DNA of 64,000 bases, from contig JAKLIG010000001.1 of NCBI GenBank assembly GCA_022709735.1, forward strand, positions 20,135 through 84,134, read 5' to 3'. The DNA comes from Patescibacteria group bacterium (GTDB lineage: Bacteria > Patescibacteriota > Minisyncoccia > Moranbacterales > UBA2206). Every line of letters starts with the position of its first letter. The stretch's first letter is position 1. Made by a program: the position numbers and the translations under genes. The notes beneath the pieces are model-generated. The model saw only the letters and a program-made list of their open reading frames with translations. It had not been told where the DNA came from and made no database searches. Shown here one piece after another: positions 20,690-28,936 of this stretch.

Positions 20690-20700
20690 AAATAAAAAAT

Positions 20701-21216
20701 ATGGAAAATTTAATAAACAACTTAATTATTTTTTATAATTCCACTTTTTTTTCAGTGGTTAAATTTATTTTAGGAATTTATGCCGTGGTAGTTTTTGCGG
20801 ATATAATTTTAATGCTTGTTCAAAGAGGAGTGAGTGGCAATGTGCGAGAAACTTTGATGGGTATGGATGTTCCACCTGAACTTTTAACTAAAAAAGGAAA
20901 ATTGCGGAAAAAATGGAATAAAGTACGAGAGAAAATGAATAGCGACAGAGAAGCGGATTGGAAGGTTGCAATTATCGAAGCAGATAATGTTATTGATGAT
21001 TTATTAGAAAGAATGAAATACTCCGGAAAAAATATGGGAGAGCGTTTGGCTGGAATTAATCCTGGGCAGATTGAAAATATTGAAGAATTGAAAAAAGCGC
21101 ATGAAATCAGAAATCGGATTATTCATGAAGAAGATTTTAAATTAGAAAAAAAACAAGCCGAAGAAGTGCTGGAATATTTTGAGAATTTTTTGAAATATTT
21201 CGAAGTGCTGAAATAA
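20701..21216 (+). CDS. Hypothetical protein (N-terminal TM, charged helical C-terminus). Start set to the ATG at 20701 to avoid overlapping gatA.
   Basis: ORF-track frame 20677-21216. No recognisable domain. Confidence 0.5.
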   Translation: MENLINNLIIFYNSTFFSVVKFILGIYAVVVFADIILMLVQRGVSGNVRETLMGMDVPPELLTKKGKLRKKWNKVREKMNSDREADWKVAIIEADNVIDDLLERMKYSGKNMGERLAGINPGQIENIEELKKAHEIRNRIIHEEDFKLEKKQAEEVLEYFENFLKYFEVLK

Positions 21217-21219
21217 AAG

Positions 21220-21248
21220 TTGACAGTCGATATTTATATAGTTAGAAT
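21220..21248 (+). promoter_or_regulatory. Consensus sigma-70-type promoter (TTGACA-17 bp-TAGAAT) driving the tRNA cluster
   Basis: ttgaca gtcgatatttatatagt tagaat. Identical hexamers and spacing to the rRNA promoter at 38005. Confidence 0.55.
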
Positions 21249-21288
21249 GTTTAGTAGCGTCTGATTTAGACGATATTTTGAAATTATA

Positions 21289-21373
21289 GCGGGGTAGTCC
21301 CGCTATGGCGGGACGGGTGGCTCACCTGCCTGCCGGCAGGCAGGTAATCCCAGGTCGTGGGTTCAAATCAAAA
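21289..21373 (+). pseudogene. Degenerate tRNA-Met-like copy: D-arm replaced by hairpin GTCCCGC-tatg-GCGGGAC, anticodon loop replaced by the perfect 20-bp palindrome, 3' acceptor missing
   Basis: GCGGGGTAG|tcccgctatggcgggac|GGGTGGCTCA|cctgcctgccggcaggcagg|taaTCCCAGGTCGTGGGTTCAAATCa aligns segment by segment to the intact tRNA-Met at 21626-21697. Confidence 0.45.
21325..21344. repeat. Perfect 20-bp palindrome cctgcctgccggcaggcagg (copy 2 of 3)
   Basis: Self-complementary. Identical copy at 49669-49688, imperfect copy at 1935-1954. Confidence 0.85.
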
Positions 21374-21386
21374 AAACATAAATTTT

Positions 21387-21662
21387 ATGTATGTGATATA
21401 CGCTTTATTTTTTAAAAATATAAAAAGAGTGTATGTTGGGATGACTAGTAAATATAATCAAAGAATGGAAGAACATAAAAAAGGCAAAACACGCTCAACG
21501 AAAAATAGAGGAGAATTTATATCAAAAATAATTGAGAAATGCGAAACAAGAAGAGAGGCGAGATTAAGGGAAAAATATTGGAAATCTGGTTGTGGAAAGG
21601 AAGAATTAAAAAAGAAATATTATAGCGGGGTAGAGCAGTCTGGTAGCTCGGGTGGCTCATAA
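21387..21662 (+). CDS. Small GIY-YIG nuclease-domain protein (YhbQ/UPF0213-like). 3' end of the ORF runs into tRNA-Met.
   Basis: MYVIYALFFKNIKRVYVGMTSKYNQRMEEHKKGK...RREARLREKYWKS matches the GIY-(10-11)-YVG...R..EH..G...E pattern. The frame continues 37 nt into the tRNA before a stop, so the true C-terminus is uncertain. Confidence 0.65.
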   Translation: MYVIYALFFKNIKRVYVGMTSKYNQRMEEHKKGKTRSTKNRGEFISKIIEKCETRREARLREKYWKSGCGKEELKKKYYSGVEQSGSSGGS

Positions 21663-21697
21663 CCACCAGGTCGTGGGTTCAAATCCCACCCCCGCAA
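21626..21697 (+). tRNA. tRNA with CAU anticodon (elongator Met or Ile2/lysidine type)
   Basis: GCGGGGTAGAGCAGTCTGGTAGCTCGGGTGGCTCATAACCACCAGGTCGTGGGTTCAAATCCCACCCCCGCA. Confidence 0.85.
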
Positions 21698-21714
21698 CAA
21701 TTTGTCTTCTTAAG

Positions 21715-21902
21715 GCAGGGTAGCTCAGACTTGTCCCCCACCAAAATGCCGGCGTAGCTCAGTTGGTTAGAGCGTGGGACTCATAAGCCCAAGGTCAGTG
21801 GTTCAACTCCACTCGCCGGTACCAGGCATTTTGGTGGGGGATGAAGTTAGAGCACAGCCTTCATAAGGCTGGGGTCGTGGGTCCGAGTCCCACCCCTGCT
21901 AC
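21715..21902 (+). tRNA. Candidate split/nested tRNA (anticodon CAU). Its D-loop carries a 111-nt insertion that is a complete tRNA flanked by a perfect 17-bp inverted repeat.
   Basis: 5' part GGCAGGG-TA-GCTCAG, 3' part GTTAGAGC-A-CAGCC-TTCATAA-GGCTG-GGGTC-GTGGG-TCCGAGT-CCCAC-CCCTGCT-A. The acceptor halves pair (G1-U72 wobble). The D-stem GCTC/GAGC is separated by tcccccaccaaaatgcc-[inner tRNA]-ggcattttggtggggga. Confidence 0.45.
21749..21825 (+). tRNA. tRNA-fMet-like (anticodon CAU, GGG/CCC in anticodon stem), CCA encoded; nested inside the preceding tRNA
   Basis: GCCGGCG-TA-GCTCAGTTGGTTAGAGC-G-TGGGA-CTCATAA-GCCCA-AGGTC-AGTGGTTCAACTCCACT-CGCCGGT-A-CCA. Three consecutive G:C pairs in the anticodon stem are an initiator hallmark. 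Confidence 0.8.
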
Positions 21903-21917
21903 AAAATTTTTAAAATG

Positions 21918-21991
21918 GGGGCGTAGCTCAGTTGGTTAGAGCGACTGCCTGTCACGCAGTAGGTCACCGGTTCGAGTCCGGCCGTCCCCGC
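21918..21991 (+). tRNA. tRNA-Asp (anticodon GUC)
   Basis: GGGGGCG-TA-GCTCAGTTGGTTAGAGC-G-ACTGC-CTGTCAC-GCAGT-AGGTC-ACCGGTTCGAGTCCGGC-CGTCCCC-G. Confidence 0.85.
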
Positions 21992-22138
21992 AAAATTTGC
22001 CTTGCTAAAGGCATTTTTTTATGGTTTTTGAACTTGCTAAAAACTTGCAAAAGCACTATAATTATAAAGTAAGAAATAAACACGGATAATTGATCTGGAT
22101 GTTTATTTTTTGAAAATAGCCCAATAAATTAATTTAAC

Positions 22139-22510
22139 ATGACACTCAAGGCCTACATTTGGGGAATGCGCGTTATCACGCTTTTTTCGCTTTTGGCGCT
22201 AGGAGCCGTCATTATTTTTGTTGACCCGGAAGGTTCCGGAGCAATAGGAATATTTTTGTTTTATCTGGCCACTTTTTTTGTTTTGAGCGGAATATTTAAT
22301 TTATTTTTGCTTTTTGTTCGAAGAAAACTTTTGGGTTCGGAGCTTGCGGCAAAAAATATTGAATTGAGTTTCCGCCAAGGAATGCTTATTGCCATTATGA
22401 TTTTAGGCATAATGATTCTCCAAAGTTTTCGAGTATTGATTTGGTGGGACGCTTTGCTGGTAGTGGCGGGAGTGTTTTTGATAGAGTTATATTTTTTGTC
22501 TAGAAATTGA
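22139..22510 (+). CDS. Small integral membrane protein (4 TM), hypothetical
   Basis: 123-aa hydrophobic ORF. Confidence 0.55.
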   Translation: MTLKAYIWGMRVITLFSLLALGAVIIFVDPEGSGAIGIFLFYLATFFVLSGIFNLFLLFVRRKLLGSELAAKNIELSFRQGMLIAIMILGIMILQSFRVLIWWDALLVVAGVFLIELYFLSRN

Positions 22511-22657
22511 CCGGATGTGCTTTAAATAGCTAATAATTTCTAATTTTTGAATTTTTAATTTTATAAATAAATCTAAATTCTTAAATTTTTAAACATTAGA
22601 AATTAAAAAATTATTTAGAAATTACAAAATTTAAAAATTATAAAATTTATAAAAACT

Positions 22658-24691
22658 ATGCCTAAAGAAAAAGTTATAAAAACTGAAAGTGATTATACTG
22701 CTAAATCCATCCAAGTTCTGGAAGGGCTTGAGCCGGTGCGAAAGCGACCGGGTATGTATATCGGCGGAACTTCTACAGAAGGACTGCATCATTTAATTTG
22801 GGAAGTTGTGAACAACTCGGTGGACGAAGCCATGGCGGGATATTGCAAAAATATTGAAGTGAAACTTTTGCCAAAAAATATTATTGAAATATCAGACGAT
22901 GGCCGGGGAATTCCAGTGGAAAAACATCCCCAAACAAAAAAATCGACTTTGGAGACAGTGCTTACCGTGCTTCATGCTGGAGGAAAATTCGGCGGAAATG
23001 GATACAAAATTTCCGGCGGTCTTCACGGCGTAGGCGTTTCGGTAGTGAACGCACTTTCTGTCTGGCTCAAAGCAGAAGTTAAAAGAGATGGAAAAATTTA
23101 TGCAATGGAATTTGAAAGAGGAAAATCAAAAAGCAAGGAGCCAAAGGTGGTCGGCAAAGCTAAAAATACCGGGACTAAAATTGTTTTTGAAGCTGATCCG
23201 CAAATTTTTCCGGAAATAAAATATAATTGGGAAAAAATTCTGGCCTATCTGCGCCAGCAATCATATCTTACCAAAGGTTTAAGTGTGAAAATTTATGATG
23301 AAAGGGAGGATGATAGCAAAAAAGCTTATGGATTTCTTTTTGATGGAGGATTAGTTTCTTATATAAAATTCTTGAATCGCGGAAAAGAAGTGAAAAATGA
23401 AATGCCTTTTTATGTGGAAAAATCTGTGGACGATACGTTAGTTGAAATCGCCATGCAATATACGGACGGATATAAAGAGCATGTTTTTTCTTTTGCCAAC
23501 AATATTTTTACGCCGGAAGGTGGAATGCATGAAGTTGGTTTTCGAAGCGCGCTTACTCGGGCGATAAATTCTTATGCAAAAAAGACGGGAATACTCAAAG
23601 AAAAAGACGATAACTTTACTTCGGAAGATTTTCAAGAAGGACTCACGGCGGTAATCAGTGTGAAACTGAAAAATCCGCAATTTGAAGGACAGACAAAAGC
23701 CAAATTAGGAAATAATGAAGTGCGGGGAATTGTCTCAAATGTAACTTCAGAAGCGCTGGCGGAATATCTGGAAGCACATCCTAATAATGCCAAGGAAATG
23801 ATTTCCAAAGTTTTGCTTACGGCCAAAGCTAGAATTGCAGCACGAGCGGCCAAGGATGCGGTGATCAGAAAAGGCGCGCTGGAAGGTATGACGCTTCCCG
23901 GAAAATTAGCGGATTGTTCAGTGCGCGACGCATCTCAATCGGAACTATATATTGTTGAGGGAGACAGCGCCGGAGGCTCGGCCAAACAAGGCAGAGATCG
24001 AAGATTTCAAGCAATTCTTCCTCTTCGTGGAAAGTTGGTTAATGTGGAAAAAACTACACTCGACAAGGTAGTAAAATCCGATACATTAAAGCCAATTATT
24101 ATTGCGCTTGGCGCTGGGATTGGCGATAGTTTGGATATTTCAAAAACTCGCTATCATAAAATTATTATTATGGCCGATGCCGATGTTGATGGATCACATA
24201 TTCGAACATTGCTTTTGACTTTTTTCTATCGCTATTTTGAACCGCTCATTCGCGCCGGATATATTTATATCGCTCAACCACCGCTATATCGAATTCAAAA
24301 AGGCAAAGAAGTGCAATATGCTTATACAGAAGAACAGAAAAACATAGCAGTTAATGAAATTCTGAAAAGATCAGCTGACAAAAAAGAAAAAACAGAAAAA
24401 ATTTCCAAACCGGAAATTGTTATGGAAACAGATTCAGATGAAAATGACAGCGAAGTCGGGGAAAAAGTTTCCGGCATAAATATTCAAAGATACAAAGGTC
24501 TTGGAGAAATGAATCCAACCCAGCTTTGGGAAACTACAATGGATCCGGAAACTCGAATGATGCTCAAAGTGAATATCGAAGATGCGGAGGCAGCCGACAA
24601 AATGTTTGATGTACTTATGGGTTCGGAAGTCGAACCGAGAAGGCGATTTATCCAAACTCATGCCAAGAGCGTTAAGAATTTGGATGTGTAA
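22658..24691 (+). CDS. gyrB: DNA gyrase subunit B
   Basis: GHKL ATPase N-terminus (LHHLIWEVVNNSVDE), Toprim EGDSAGGSAKQGRDRRFQAILPLRGK, C-terminal tail. 677 aa. Confidence 0.95.
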   Translation: MPKEKVIKTESDYTAKSIQVLEGLEPVRKRPGMYIGGTSTEGLHHLIWEVVNNSVDEAMAGYCKNIEVKLLPKNIIEISDDGRGIPVEKHPQTKKSTLETVLTVLHAGGKFGGNGYKISGGLHGVGVSVVNALSVWLKAEVKRDGKIYAMEFERGKSKSKEPKVVGKAKNTGTKIVFEADPQIFPEIKYNWEKILAYLRQQSYLTKGLSVKIYDEREDDSKKAYGFLFDGGLVSYIKFLNRGKEVKNEMPFYVEKSVDDTLVEIAMQYTDGYKEHVFSFANNIFTPEGGMHEVGFRSALTRAINSYAKKTGILKEKDDNFTSEDFQEGLTAVISVKLKNPQFEGQTKAKLGNNEVRGIVSNVTSEALAEYLEAHPNNAKEMISKVLLTAKARIAARAAKDAVIRKGALEGMTLPGKLADCSVRDASQSELYIVEGDSAGGSAKQGRDRRFQAILPLRGKLVNVEKTTLDKVVKSDTLKPIIIALGAGIGDSLDISKTRYHKIIIMADADVDGSHIRTLLLTFFYRYFEPLIRAGYIYIAQPPLYRIQKGKEVQYAYTEEQKNIAVNEILKRSADKKEKTEKISKPEIVMETDSDENDSEVGEKVSGINIQRYKGLGEMNPTQLWETTMDPETRMMLKVNIEDAEAADKMFDVLMGSEVEPRRRFIQTHAKSVKNLDV

Positions 24692-24695
24692 AAAA

Positions 24696-25379
24696 ATGAA
24701 GCAGACAATAAAATTTATTATTATATTTATTTTTATTTTTGCTACTCGCGAGGCTTTTGCTATGAGTAGCGCAAATTATAAAATAAATGCTGATGTGATT
24801 GGCGCTAGTGGAGCGCTGGGGAGTTCAACTAATTATAAGCTAAATGATACTTTGGGCGAATCAGTCGCAGGAATAGGCTCCAGCTCAAATTACAAGATTC
24901 AACAGGGCTTTCAATACATGATCAATACTGGAATTTCGCTTACCGTTGATTCTGATACTAAAAATTTGGGCTCAACAACTCCGGGATCCCTGGTTCAGGG
25001 TCAATCCACTCTTCAGGTGACGACTGATTCTTGGGGTGGTTATGATTTGCTTATCAGTGAAAATCATTCAATGCTTCATACGGATGCTGTGACAGCGATA
25101 GCAGATTATGCTTGCGCAATAAACAGCCCGTGTCTTTGGTCAGGTAGTGGCTTTGGTTTTTCAATTATTTCTGGCAGTGATGTTGAGGAAAAATGGGGAA
25201 CAGATCCAGATTACAAATATGCCGCCGTTCCTCTTTCTGACACTGTTTTTCATTCAAAAACGGGCTACACGAGTAGTGCAGACGAGACGGTGGTAGGTTA
25301 TAATGTCTCTCCGACTGCAACTCAAAAAGCTGGTACTTATTCAAACACTATTTTATATACAGCTTTGGCGAAACTTTAG
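24696..25379 (+). CDS. Secreted protein (signal peptide), Ser/Thr/Asn-rich; paralogous to the next gene (shared WSG-x-G-F/L-G-F motif); WxL-like surface protein candidate
   Basis: Start chosen at ATG 24696 (MKQTIKFIIIFIFIFATREAFA) rather than the upstream ORF start that overlaps gyrB. LWSGSGFGFSI aligns with VWSGTGLGFRV in 25415-26035. Confidence 0.55.
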   Translation: MKQTIKFIIIFIFIFATREAFAMSSANYKINADVIGASGALGSSTNYKLNDTLGESVAGIGSSSNYKIQQGFQYMINTGISLTVDSDTKNLGSTTPGSLVQGQSTLQVTTDSWGGYDLLISENHSMLHTDAVTAIADYACAINSPCLWSGSGFGFSIISGSDVEEKWGTDPDYKYAAVPLSDTVFHSKTGYTSSADETVVGYNVSPTATQKAGTYSNTILYTALAKL

Positions 25380-25414
25380 TTGGCATATTTTAAAAATATG
25401 TTAGAATATATATA

Positions 25415-26035
25415 ATGAAAAAGTTTCTAAAAATAAAAAAAACAAAATCTGCAATTGTTGTGTCAGCTATTGTTGTGGCGATTTTTGGCGTAATGCAAGC
25501 GATGGAAACAAAGAGTGCTACTACTGATCAAATTGATTTGAGTGTGGAAGTAGCTTCGGCTATCGATATTAGTTGTCCAAGTCCATCGGCCTTCGGAACA
25601 TTGACGGCGGGAAATCCTGAAACCGTGACGGCTACTTGCACTGCCACTTCCAATGGAGCTAGCGGGTATGTATTGCAAATTAAAAAAGATAATGCGACAA
25701 CTTTGACTAGCGGAGGAAATTCAATTGCTGATAAAACAGCTTGGAATAGTGGAACTCCCAATTCGGCTGTTTGGTCCGGAACGGGTTTGGGTTTTCGTGT
25801 TATGCAAACAGGGACTGATGAAGGTTATAGCACAACATGGTGGGGAACGGATGATACAGCGCCAAACGCACTGTATGCTGGCTTACCAGCTTCCTATGTT
25901 ACAATTCTTAACGATACGACTTACTCCGCTTCTTCAACAGAAACAGTTATTGAATTCAAAGTCGATGTTCCAGCTTCTCAAGCAACGGGAACTTATACTG
26001 GAACAGCGACATTTCAAGGCACGGTAAATCCATAG
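25415..26035 (+). CDS. Secreted protein paralog (WxL-like surface protein candidate)
   Basis: N-terminal signal/TM, Thr/Ser-rich, Trp-containing motifs. Paralog of the upstream gene. Confidence 0.55.
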   Translation: MKKFLKIKKTKSAIVVSAIVVAIFGVMQAMETKSATTDQIDLSVEVASAIDISCPSPSAFGTLTAGNPETVTATCTATSNGASGYVLQIKKDNATTLTSGGNSIADKTAWNSGTPNSAVWSGTGLGFRVMQTGTDEGYSTTWWGTDDTAPNALYAGLPASYVTILNDTTYSASSTETVIEFKVDVPASQATGTYTGTATFQGTVNP

Positions 26036-26042
26036 AGGGCAT

Positions 26043-27032
26043 ATGTTCAAAAAAAATATCAAAAAAATATCAACCTTTTTTATAATGCTCCTTATTTTGG
26101 GAGCAATTTGTTTAAGTTGGGCTCACGCTCAAAAAAATGAAGAAAAAACATCGGGCTTGCAAGTTTCTCCGGTGCGTTTTGATTGGGATATGAATGCTGG
26201 CGAAGAAAAAACTGGAGTCATCAATCTAAAAAATTATGATGATTCTCCGCGAGCAGTGGCTATAGAAATTGAAGATTTTTATGTGACAGATAATACTACG
26301 GAAGCAAAATTTTTCGTACCGAACTCCAATCATCCGCTTATTGCTTATGATGTGATAAATTGGATTAATGCGCCAAAAAACATTGAACTGGCTCCAAAGG
26401 AGGGGCGAGATATTATGTTTCATGTGAAAGTGCCTGAAAATTCTCCAACCGGGGGATATTATGGCGCAATATTTTTTAACACTAAAATGGATGAAAACCC
26501 GGATAATCAAGGTTCAAAAATTGCAATTAATCAAAGAATAGGTGCTTTGCTTGTGATGGCGGTCAAAGGATCGGAGCCAATAATTCGCTCCGGGGAGATA
26601 AAAAAATTCGGTACGACAAAAAAAATATTTTGGAATAATCCAGCAGAACTTTTTATCGATATGTATAATTCAGGAAATTTGCACTACAAGATGATTGGGA
26701 CGATTGATATTTATAAATTCGGAAGCAAACTAGACAGTATTAATCTTGTTCCGCGCATTATTTATCCTGATAAATCCAGAAAATATGAAGAGAGCTGGAA
26801 ATTTTCATCTTGGGCATATGGATATTATACCGCAAAAGTGGAACTTTTTTCAGAGGATGGTGCTATTAGGCTTTCTTCCCAAACTTCTTTTTGGATAATC
26901 CCGTGGAAAACAACGGTTGCTATAATAATTCTATTGTTTATTATTTGGCTGGTTTTCAAATTGTTTAGTAGCAAGTTTGAAATCAAGCGAAAAGAGGAAA
27001 ACAATAATGACACTAATGAGCAAAAATTATAA
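26043..27032 (+). CDS. Cell-surface protein with DUF916-like N-terminal domain and C-terminal TM anchor
   Basis: Signal peptide. GLQVSPVRFD...PENSPTGGYYGAIFF resembles the DUF916 pattern (PE..fdG.ilGGi.f) seen in Gram-positive WxL loci. Single C-terminal TM followed by KR-rich tail. Confidence 0.55.
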   Translation: MFKKNIKKISTFFIMLLILGAICLSWAHAQKNEEKTSGLQVSPVRFDWDMNAGEEKTGVINLKNYDDSPRAVAIEIEDFYVTDNTTEAKFFVPNSNHPLIAYDVINWINAPKNIELAPKEGRDIMFHVKVPENSPTGGYYGAIFFNTKMDENPDNQGSKIAINQRIGALLVMAVKGSEPIIRSGEIKKFGTTKKIFWNNPAELFIDMYNSGNLHYKMIGTIDIYKFGSKLDSINLVPRIIYPDKSRKYEESWKFSSWAYGYYTAKVELFSEDGAIRLSSQTSFWIIPWKTTVAIIILLFIIWLVFKLFSSKFEIKRKEENNNDTNEQKL

Positions 27033-27906
27033 AAAAATATTATTTATATTACTTTTAACAACCTTCTTTTTTCAAAGGCAGGTTGTTTTGGCAGAGCGAA
27101 TAAGCGTTTCAGTTGATCAAACAATTTTTGCTTTTAGCGCAAATCCAGATTCGACTAATGAGATAAAACTAAATGTAAAAAATATTTCGGAAAAATCACA
27201 AAAAATGTCTATCGTGACCAAGGATTTTGTAGCAGGGGACAACGGCTCGATTATAAGTATGACAAATAAAAATGAGCAGTTTGGTATGAGCGAATGGGTG
27301 TTAGCCAAAGAGCCGGATTGGATTTTGGAACCGCAAAGCAATAAAGAAATTTCTCTTAGTGTAAATATTCCTAAAAATGCTACGGTGGGCGCACACTATG
27401 CGATTGCTAATATTCAAACATTTCCAACGGTGGACGGACAGAATTTTCAAAATACGATTGTTGGCGGGCAAGTGGGCGTATATATATTGGTTAATGTTAA
27501 TGGAGATGTTTCTGGAAGCGGAAATTTAAAAAAACTCAAGGCGCCAATTGTTGTCGGAAATAGCGCTTCTCTCAGAGCAGATTTCGAAAACACGGGGAAT
27601 GTGATGTATATTCCTCATGGCGAAATTCAAATTGAAAATATATTCACGCGAAAAAAAACCGCTTTTGAAGCGGAAAAACATTTTGTTTTTCCTGGAACAA
27701 AATATTCTTTTGAAATTAAATGGAATGAACCATCGATTTTTGGCGCCTATAGCGCTCAAGCTAATTTCGTTGATGCCAATGGGATAAATCACAATCAGCA
27801 AAGATTTTTCTTGGGCAATTTTTTTCTTATTATCCCTTTTTTGTTTTTGGGATTCGTTTTTCTTGTCAGAGCAAAAATTAGAAAAATAAAAAATAGAAAT
27901 TTATAG
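27007..27906 (+). CDS. Paralogous DUF916-like cell-surface protein with C-terminal TM anchor
   Basis: ISVSVDQTIF...PKNATVGAHYAIANIQ, C-terminal TM FFLIIPFLFLGFVFLV + basic tail. Start ambiguous (26977/27007/27016). Confidence 0.55.
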   Translation: MTLMSKNYKKILFILLLTTFFFQRQVVLAERISVSVDQTIFAFSANPDSTNEIKLNVKNISEKSQKMSIVTKDFVAGDNGSIISMTNKNEQFGMSEWVLAKEPDWILEPQSNKEISLSVNIPKNATVGAHYAIANIQTFPTVDGQNFQNTIVGGQVGVYILVNVNGDVSGSGNLKKLKAPIVVGNSASLRADFENTGNVMYIPHGEIQIENIFTRKKTAFEAEKHFVFPGTKYSFEIKWNEPSIFGAYSAQANFVDANGINHNQQRFFLGNFFLIIPFLFLGFVFLVRAKIRKIKNRNL

Positions 27907-28122
27907 AGCAGGCACAATTGTAAGCAGTGTATCAGTTTTTGTTATTGAAACAGCTTCATTGTTATTCGTTTCAACAATGAAATTTTTTCCGTCAAAATAG
28001 GAATGAATATTTGGCGCAACGCTCACCTCGAAATTTATTATATTTTCAGCCCCCTTAACAAATGTAGCAGAAAACAAGACAAACAGGATTATGGCTAGAA
28101 AAACTACTAATTTGGCAGTCAT
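27901..28122 (-). CDS. Small secreted protein (signal peptide), hypothetical
   Basis: 73-aa ORF starting MTAKLVVFLAIILFVLFSATFVKGA. Could be spurious. Confidence 0.3.
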   Translation of the reverse strand: MTAKLVVFLAIILFVLFSATFVKGAENIINFEVSVAPNIHSYFDGKNFIVETNNNEAVSITKTDTLLTIVPAL

Positions 28123-28189
28123 TGGCTTGGTTTAAGTATTTAGATTGACTGGAAAAATTAGCAGGTTTTTTGAAGTTTGTCAATAAAAA

Positions 28190-28221
28190 TAAAAACACCG
28201 GAAGAATAATTTCTTCCGGTG
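28190..28221 (-). terminator. Rho-independent terminator for plsC-like gene
   Basis: Perfect hairpin CACCGGAAGA-ataatt-TCTTCCGGTG followed by a T-run on the minus strand. A second hairpin, GCCGGTTTTTT-at-AAAAAACCGGC, overlaps the stop codon. Confidence 0.6.
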
Positions 28222-28247
28222 CCGGATGTTTCTTTCCCGCCGGTTTT

Positions 28248-28811
28248 TTATAAAAAACCGGCGTAATAATTTTTTATTTCGGCGAGATCTTTTTCATACT
28301 CGCCGGTTGGCGTAAATACGCCCAGAATTCTGGCAACTTTTCTGGAATAATCCAAGTTGCCAAGGAAAATCGGCACGCTGGCTTTCAGGGCGATGTAATA
28401 GAAGCCGGTTTTCCATTTGAGAACTTTTTTTCTTGTTCCCTCCGGTGTTACCATCAACATCAAATCCGCATTCTCCTTATATAAATTCGATGCTTGAGTA
28501 ACGAGTTCGTTGCTTTCGGAACGATCAACTGGAATTCCGCCTAGCCAGCAAAAAAAATGTTTCAGGGGAAAAGTAAACATTTCTTTTTTCCCAAGCCAAT
28601 GGACATCCCACTGGCACAGGGAAAACATTGCCAGCGTAATGGGGAAATCCCAATTGCTGGTGTGAGGGATTGCAATTAGTACACAACTTTGCTGGTTGGG
28701 AATTTTTCCTTCGATTTTCCATCCCGATATCCACATAGAAAATCGACACAAAAATCGCAGGCAAGAACTTAGAACGGGCGTATTAAATATTGTTTTTTTA
28801 CATATCTTCAT
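28248..28811 (-). CDS. 1-acyl-sn-glycerol-3-phosphate acyltransferase family (PlsC/LPLAT)
   Basis: Acyltransferase motifs HTSNWDF (HxxxxD) and TPEGTR. 187 aa. Confidence 0.8.
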   Translation of the reverse strand: MKICKKTIFNTPVLSSCLRFLCRFSMWISGWKIEGKIPNQQSCVLIAIPHTSNWDFPITLAMFSLCQWDVHWLGKKEMFTFPLKHFFCWLGGIPVDRSESNELVTQASNLYKENADLMLMVTPEGTRKKVLKWKTGFYYIALKASVPIFLGNLDYSRKVARILGVFTPTGEYEKDLAEIKNYYAGFL

Positions 28812-28936
28812 AAAATTCTCCTTTGAAAAAAATGTGGTTTGATTAAGCCAAAAATGTTAAGTTGCTTTCAAATACTGAAAAATAAGTATATTATAATATT
28901 GGAAAAATGTCCAATTAAAAAACTAATAATAAAAAT

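Noticed and set aside
21357-21386. ORF-track start of the GIY-YIG ORF at 21357
   Set aside because: That Met lies inside the degenerate tRNA-like fragment. The ATG at 21387 begins the canonical GIY-YIG strand MYVIYAL...
22520-22657. Highly AT-rich 140-bp region upstream of gyrB considered as oriC/DUE
   Set aside because: No DnaA-box cluster and no dnaA or dnaN nearby. AT-richness alone is not informative in a 35% GC genome.
24582-24695. ORF-track start of the secreted protein at 24582 overlapping gyrB
   Set aside because: The N-terminal extension overlaps the gyrB 3' end. The ATG at 24696 is immediately followed by a typical signal peptide.
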